Shown: positions 54,068 through 64,000 of the stretch, piece by piece
Layout: every line of letters begins with the position of its first letter
Numbering within the stretch: position 1 is the stretch's first letter
Assembly: GCA_964016885.1 (NCBI GenBank)
Contig: OZ024741.1
Location: 286,440,001 to 286,504,000, forward strand
Source: Eledone cirrhosa
Taxonomy: Eukaryota
DNA length: 64,000 nucleotides
Direction of reading: 5' to 3'
Notes under the pieces: model-generated
Databases searched by the model: none
Told to the model about the DNA's origin: nothing
The model's input: only the letters and a program-made list of their open reading frames with translations
Position numbers and translations under genes: made by a program

Positions 54068-54309
54068 TGTATGTATGTATGTGTATAATCTATAGTGTAC
54101 TTCATTTATGTCTGTATGAGAAGTAACAACTGCTTTTCTTGGTTACCATTTTAGTCCCTTATATTTGGGTTTGGAACAAAGGCAATTCTGTTAAATTGAT
54201 AAAATATCCATCAAGAATGTCCCTTCAATGCCTCTATGCATACATATATGCCTTCTTCTTCTTCTTCTTCTTCTTCTTCTTCTTCTTCTTCTTCTTCTTC
54301 TTCTTCGCC

Positions 54310-54535
54310 CACATGTTCCTGGGAGGGTCGTTGGGGCAGAGGCCTCAAACCCGCTTTCTAGCGGGTCCTGTCAGAAGCAACCGTCTCCAATTGATCCGGC
54401 TGGATCCCCAAGCGTGACCAGCCAAACTCATGGATGTTATACAACCATCTTGCTCGGGGTCTACCCCTGGGTCACCTGCCGGATGGGTTTGCCCGTAAAA
54501 TCTGTCCAACGATTCTTTCCGAAGACATTCTAACC
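54310..54535 (-). mobile_element. RTE (Expander/Rex3-like) 3' fragment with (GAA)n tail
   Basis: rc RPRGRPRARWL...WSRLGIQP..LETVASDR; adjacent (TTC)n at about 54252-54306. Confidence 0.72.
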
Positions 54536-54632
54536 ACATGCCTAAGAAATGCCTAAGAAACTTTTCTTAGAAATGCCTAAGAAACACCATTGATCATTTC
54601 GGCACCTCTACGATTCCCCTAGGAGTTACGTA

Positions 54633-54715
<83 letters not shown>

Positions 54716-55948
54716 CATTAACAGAGAAAGCTTTAAGCAATACTCCGACCGGCTTCCGTCTCACTCAACAAACATTAGGATATACGTTAGTATAATCCCA
54801 ATTATACGTTTGGGGTGCTAACTATATGTATTTTGCGGATAGCCAGTTGTATTATTTTATATGAGACATTATTATATATATATATCATTTAAATCTTCTT
54901 CAACTGGCAGTCTGCTGCCTTTAAAAAGGGGTGAGGCATTAATGTATCTGTGATAGGTGTTCAAGCTATTTTTCAAGCATGTTGTCCTACATGCATTATG
55001 CTTTAAAAATAGAGCCCGCATTTACAGCTTGAACAGCTATCATAGGAGGGGTGAAATGAGAAACAACAACTATATGAGTATTTGAAGAGAAAGAGAAAAC
55101 GACAATGAAAAAACAGAAATTTGAAAATGACAATGAAAATATGTAGTAATATGTACTGAAACAGTAAGAGTTAGATCCCTTGAAAAAGCTCAAAATTAAT
55201 GAAAGGGGTGTAACTCTAGAAATTATATTCTAATAGTTAAGTTATTATTACGCAGAAATTACTGAGTAATTTTAACATTGTCATTGCTCTTCTCTGTCTT
55301 AACATCAACCATAATAAACGACACCGACGTTTGTATATCTATTCGACTATAACTCTTTTAATTATACACAATGCATTTCCTATCTCAGTCATCTTTCTAC
55401 AATACGTTCGCTTTCCAATCACAACGCCCTGGAATATATTTATCCCTGTAAATAGTTATTTCTCGAAAGTTACTCATATATTTAATTCTCTGTGTCACTT
55501 GTATATATATGTTAAAATTTTATGCAATTATATCCTAAAAATATCATTTTATTTTTAATCGCTTCTTGTCGCTAGTAAACATAAACTATGCGGTTTCTGT
55601 TATATAAACCATAAAATTATTGAAACTCAAATTTCCTAGTTTGTGTGACAATTTATGTATCCAGTAATCCTGGTATATATGGCATAACATTCATGGGCTG
55701 CAAACATTAAATGTGTTTAACACTATTGCCGCTAATATTGAGGACACTGGTCCACTATTTTCTAAATAATATCCATGGATTTCCAGTATGATTGCCAGCA
55801 ATGATACCAATTTGCGAATTAACGTCACATGAAACTGGGATCAGATCCGGCGGCCTTATGAAACTCCAGACAGACTTTAACTAACGTCACATTATAGAAA
55901 ATACTGATTTACAAAAAGCACAATACACTATTATTATTAATAGATACA

Positions 55949-56136
55949 AGGGTGGTGGATTGGCAGTATCGGTAGAGGGTCGGACGCCATGCTTTGAAGC
56001 ATAGAGTTACGGCTCTTTCCATTCTGAGTTCAAATCCCGCCGAGGTCAACTTTGCCTTTCATCCTTACGGGGTCGATAAAATAAAGTACCAGTAATGTAC
56101 TGAATAATTGCTGGCCTTGTGCCAAAACTAGAAACA
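55949..56136 (+). mobile_element. tRNA-derived SINE with TSD
   Basis: 16-bp TSD ATTATTAATAGATACA at 55933-55948 and 56137-56152; A and B boxes. Confidence 0.92.
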
Positions 56137-56197
56137 ATTATTAATAGATACAGTTCCGTGTGAATGTGTGTCTCTCTGTCTGTCTGTTTGTCTCTGA

Positions 56198-56241
<44 letters not shown>

Positions 56242-56884
56242 ATGTGAGTCTGTGTGTGTCGGTGTCTGTGTTTGTCTACGTTATTGGGTATATGTGTATC
56301 TGTATCACGGTGTGTGTCGCTGTGAGTCTATGTCTCACTGTGTGTCTGTGTGTGTGTATGTGTGTGAGTGTGTGTGTGTCTCGCTGTGAGTCTATGTTTC
56401 ACTGTGTGTGTGTATGTGTGACTGTGTGCCTGTGTGTGTGTGTGTCTCGCTGTATGTCTCACTGTGTGTCTGTGTGTGTGTGTGTTACTGTGTGCCTGTG
56501 TGTGTGTGTCTCGCTGTGAGTCTATGTCTCACTGTGTGTCTGTGTATGTGTGTGTGTGTTACTGTGTTCCTCTATGTGTGTGTGTTACTGTGTTCCTCTG
56601 TGTGTGTGTGTGTGCGTGTGTGTATGTGTGTGTGTAGCAGAAGTTTCTTAATCATATCAATTTAAACATACGATTCCTAAAAGTTGGCGTTATCATCTTG
56701 TGGATGATGCTGAAAATTCAAGCGAGATACTGGAAGGAAAAGACAGTGTGGGGGGACTCGTTGGGGGAAAAGTAGGGGCAAAGAATGCAATTTACTTTGT
56801 TAAGATGTCACCTTTAGTTATTCAATAGATATTTAAATTTACTCCCTCGCCATCGATTTCTACGGCGATTGCTCCGGTTATACA

Positions 56885-57105
56885 ACAGAACAGCCTGCTC
56901 ATGAAATTAGCGTGCATGTAGCTGAGCATTCCATAGAAACGTGTATCCTTAACTTAAAGTTTCTGGGATATTCAGGGTGAATTACAGTGTCAACTTATTT
57001 TTTGCCAGCTTCTGGGTAGGAACAACGTTAAATAACGTGTCTTGCTCAAGGAACCGAACTCACAACCTTAGAATAATAAACTGAGCACCTTAACCACGCG
57101 CTTTC
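56885..57105 (-). mobile_element. Degenerate octopus OR/CORE-like SINE
   Basis: CTGCTCATGAAATTAGCGTGCA..CTGAGCA, GTGTCTTGCTCAAGGA (rc of a CORE-like motif). Confidence 0.5.
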
Positions 57106-57296
57106 ACAAAATGATTAAGTAAAATAAAATAAAAATATTGAAATTTAATTTTTTATTGATAAATATTGATTATCTTTATAGTGATGAAATATACTATCTG
57201 AAAGGGGGCTGACAGTCCCCTAACATTTGTCACAGATGAAACCAGATTTCTTCATTCAGTAAGTTTTAGGATATTTGATACTGTAATATTCTGGCG

Positions 57297-57464
<168 letters not shown>

Positions 57465-57522
57465 AAGGCTCTGAAACCATCAACACTATACACACAGAGC
57501 GGCCATATCTAAGAACTGACTA

Positions 57523-57578
57523 ACTGCCTGATGAGGTCATAGCCATTCAATGGCTATCATCAAAATATATATAGCAGT
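57523..57578 (+). ncRNA. Hammerhead motif, family B, probably inactivated (G12>A)
   Basis: ACUGC-CUGAUGA-GGUCAUAGCCAUUCAAUGGCUAUCAUC-AAAA-UAUAUAU-A-GCAGU. Confidence 0.72.
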
Positions 57579-57619
57579 AAATAAAGGATTATGAGTTCAT
57601 ACAATTGACTTATGTTTCG

Positions 57620-57696
<77 letters not shown>

Positions 57697-57725
57697 GCAT
57701 ATAAATATATAAATATATATATATA

Positions 57726-58119
57726 CGAGGGCAATCCCAAAGGTAAGGTCTCCTTCCGATATTGCAACTTTTCCGTTAAAATCCTGTGGATGGTGCTTCG
57801 GGAAACCTCAGGAACCAAAATGCAGAGAGCATCCAGAGTGATCCGCCGATCTTTACGCATGTTTTCCTGGGAAGGAGACCTTACTTTTGGGATTGCCCTC
57901 GTATATAATAACTGCGCGAAATTCGCACTTGGCGGTAGCGTTCAACGGGAGCTCCATTCTCAACGGCTGCCAAGCCAAGATTGAGCATCCCATCGAAGCG
58001 CGCGCATGCTTGTTTGGGAGTGAAGGAAGCACCAATCACAACAGTGTTGCCAACAGCCGTACGAACAGTTTCTCTGCGTCCCCATCGCTTTGGAGACCTT
58101 ACTTTTGGGATTACCCTCG
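57726..58119 (-). mobile_element. Mariner deletion derivatives with three TIRs
   Basis: TIR CGAGGG(C/T)AATCCCAAA(A/G)GTAAGGTCTCC at 57726-57753, 57874-57901 and 58092-58119, TA flanks; peptides [17 protein letters not shown] and DRRITLDAL..VSRSTIHRILTEKLQYRK. Confidence 0.88.
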
Positions 58120-58166
58120 TATATATATATATATATATATATACATGCATATAAATATATAAATAA

Positions 58167-58254
<88 letters not shown>

Positions 58255-58449
58255 CTTTGATAACTTTGATAGGTTTCGGCCAGTGGTGTCTACCTTAATA
58301 GCAACACCTGGCGAAGTCTTTCAAATTTAGATTTGGACACCGTGGCCCACTCAGGTAGAGAGTTATTGTTTACGGAGACATATCCGGGTGTAGCGGGTTT
58401 ATCCCGGAGTTCTTGGAGGAATTTGTCCAAAGATATATATATATAGTGG

Positions 58450-61790
<3,341 letters not shown>

Positions 61791-62036
61791 AGGTATTATC
61801 AGTCATTGAAAAAATATATATATATATAAATGTATATGTAATATTAATATATAAGGGAACATAGAATCAGTGTTGCATCATATACATATTTAATTACATA
61901 TTACATATGTTTCACTATCGATCAGCTCGAGGAACGATCTATTAATGATCGAACCTGACTCTGGAATAGGAAGCTCCTCAGATATGTTAAAACATATCTG
62001 AGGAGAGAGAGGGGGGAGAGATGAAGGGAGGGGAGG

Positions 62037-62099
<63 letters not shown>

Positions 62100-62769
62100 T
62101 AAATAAGGCACAGACTAAAGAAAGGGAAGATCGCAATAAATACTTTAAAATAAAGAACCTTCACAAACATCTCACCCAGTGGTAGATTACTTGCTAAGCG
62201 TCCTAAAGCTAGATGGCTCAACAAATGTTCCTCTTGCTGCCGTTTCACGAGCGAAGGGACCGTATTGACTATCCTGAATGGGAGACCTAAATGTATGAAT
62301 TTTTTACTATTGGATCGCGAGAAAGAGGCTAGTCATATGACCATTGTTGGCCCTCTTAGACTAGATGGATAAATGCAATTAATGTCTCACTTGAATAGTT
62401 TCACGTTGATTGTTACAGGAAAAAAACATGGGATAAAATGGAATTCCAGAGGACCGACAATCTATCTACGGAGGAATAATTCTGTGTAGATATTAGTGAA
62501 AGGTCTGAAAGGAGCACAAAATGGATGTGCGAAAAGAAGAGAGGAGTAAGGGTATCGTGTGTCTGAATAGAAGTGTCAAGAGATCAACCTAGTCTGAGGA
62601 GCAGAAGCCACTGTAGTAGCGGTATAAAAGGTAGAGAGAGGATACAGCGCGTCAGTGGGCCAGAGTTTGGAGTGTGCTGATGTGCTACTTAAAACTAAAC
62701 AGTCGGGCGACCTTTGGGAAAATATAGTTTAGGATGTCTGTATATGTAGCAGCAACACCTTCCCGGGTG

Positions 62770-63440
62770 AGTAAATATTTTCTAGTTCTGAAGAATAATG
62801 TTAGTCTTTGCTGTACAATCTTCGCTGTGTCGAGGATGCGAAATCACTGAGTAATTTACAAAGTTAAGGATGTCAAACCGACGGATATGACCTGAGTCTA
62901 TCGAGAGCACTCCATGTCTAGCTATCCATATATTTGTCATTCTTGATGGATGAAATATCGCTTTCAAGGTAAATATTTTAGCCTTATTTAGAGGTTTTCC
63001 ATTCATGGTTTTCACTTCCCATTCTGATTGAAGTGCATGACTTCTGTCTTCTTCGTGTTCACAAACAATTTTCTCATGGCAGCAAACTGCTCGAGCACGT
63101 ACTGGATATTTTTAGCATCTGTAACTTTGCCGCGATCAGAGTTATGTCATAAGCATAATCGGCATCAGTAATTTTCTGGGCAGGATATATTTTAGTTCTG
63201 GCTCAGTGCAATATGAAAGTTAGAGTTTTATCAAGGTCAAGAGATGTGTGGAGCACATGGTCAAGTGCGATAATGAACACAAGGGGTGCAAGTGCGTCTC
63301 CTTGAAGTTTTGCTTGAATACAAAAGAACTCTGTCGCCATTTAGGAATTGATTGTGTTTTCTTGTACAGCATCATAATAGCATTTACTGCTTTTTTCCGG
63401 TAATCCATAATCCATAATCTTCGTAAAGAAAATAGAGAAT
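62770..63440 (-). mobile_element. Highly degraded RTE-like RT fragment
   Basis: VNAIMMLYKKT, QGDALAP.VFIIALDHVL, DYAYDI. Confidence 0.65.
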
Positions 63441-64000
63441 CATCGACTCTTCACTCCCGGGTATTCCGCATTTTCCGATATATAAGAAGTAAATTTTATC
63501 CTAAAATTTTATGCCAAAATCTGCCTGCATCCAATACACTGAAGGTAAGAATATAAAGATAGAAAATAAGGATATTACACAAACCATGTACACGTTTAAG
63601 TAGATAATTTGACATGCGTAGATGGTTTAGTTTATATTTATTTAGATACATAGATAGATTTTCATTTTTTAGTCAAACATACAGAAAAAGAAAGCAGCTT
63701 TGGAAAGGACTAAAACTGCCATAACTCAGAGGAAAAGGGGGTAAAGAGCAAGGACTATTAGGCAATAAACATTGATGTTTTTATTATAAAAAAATAATGA
63801 TTCCTACAATACTGCATAGTTCGTAGCAATATACGAACGAATTATAGAGATAGAAGAAAGTATTCCTAAATATAGTGTAATGGCTGTTCAACGTGGCGTT
63901 AAATAACTCTTTGCATTTCTGTTTGGATTTTTGTTGGGTGCGGGATTAATGTGGGAGTTTGATGTGCAGTTAAAAATGAAACTAGCGATAATATTTAAAA

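Noticed and set aside
58262-58330. Minus-strand hairpin ending CTGGCCGAAACC
   Set aside because: No CUGAnGA core at the expected position

Overview
Eukaryotic, AT-rich, microsatellite-dense intergenic or intronic DNA. The SINE types and simple-repeat load suggest an octopod cephalopod (inference). I cannot support any host protein-coding gene, and most ORF-track calls are translated microsatellites. The window is a mosaic of transposons: three Tx1/L1-clade LINEs (two near full length) at a (GATA)n tract, two Penelope-like elements, an R4/Dong-type LINE in (TACA)n, several RTE LINEs and a duplicated non-autonomous RTE derivative, an internally deleted hAT transposon, hAT and mariner MITEs, a pogo/Tigger relic, Helentron-like elements and many tRNA-derived SINEs. 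The most interesting signal is a set of short non-coding fold-back cassettes embedded in (TA)n tracts, with arms pointing 3'-outward. They carry type I hammerhead ribozyme motifs from two sequence families (six recognisable copies, four with intact catalytic cores), most likely Penelope pLTR-derived or retrozyme-like units. Different retroelement families also appear to use different microsatellites as targets.
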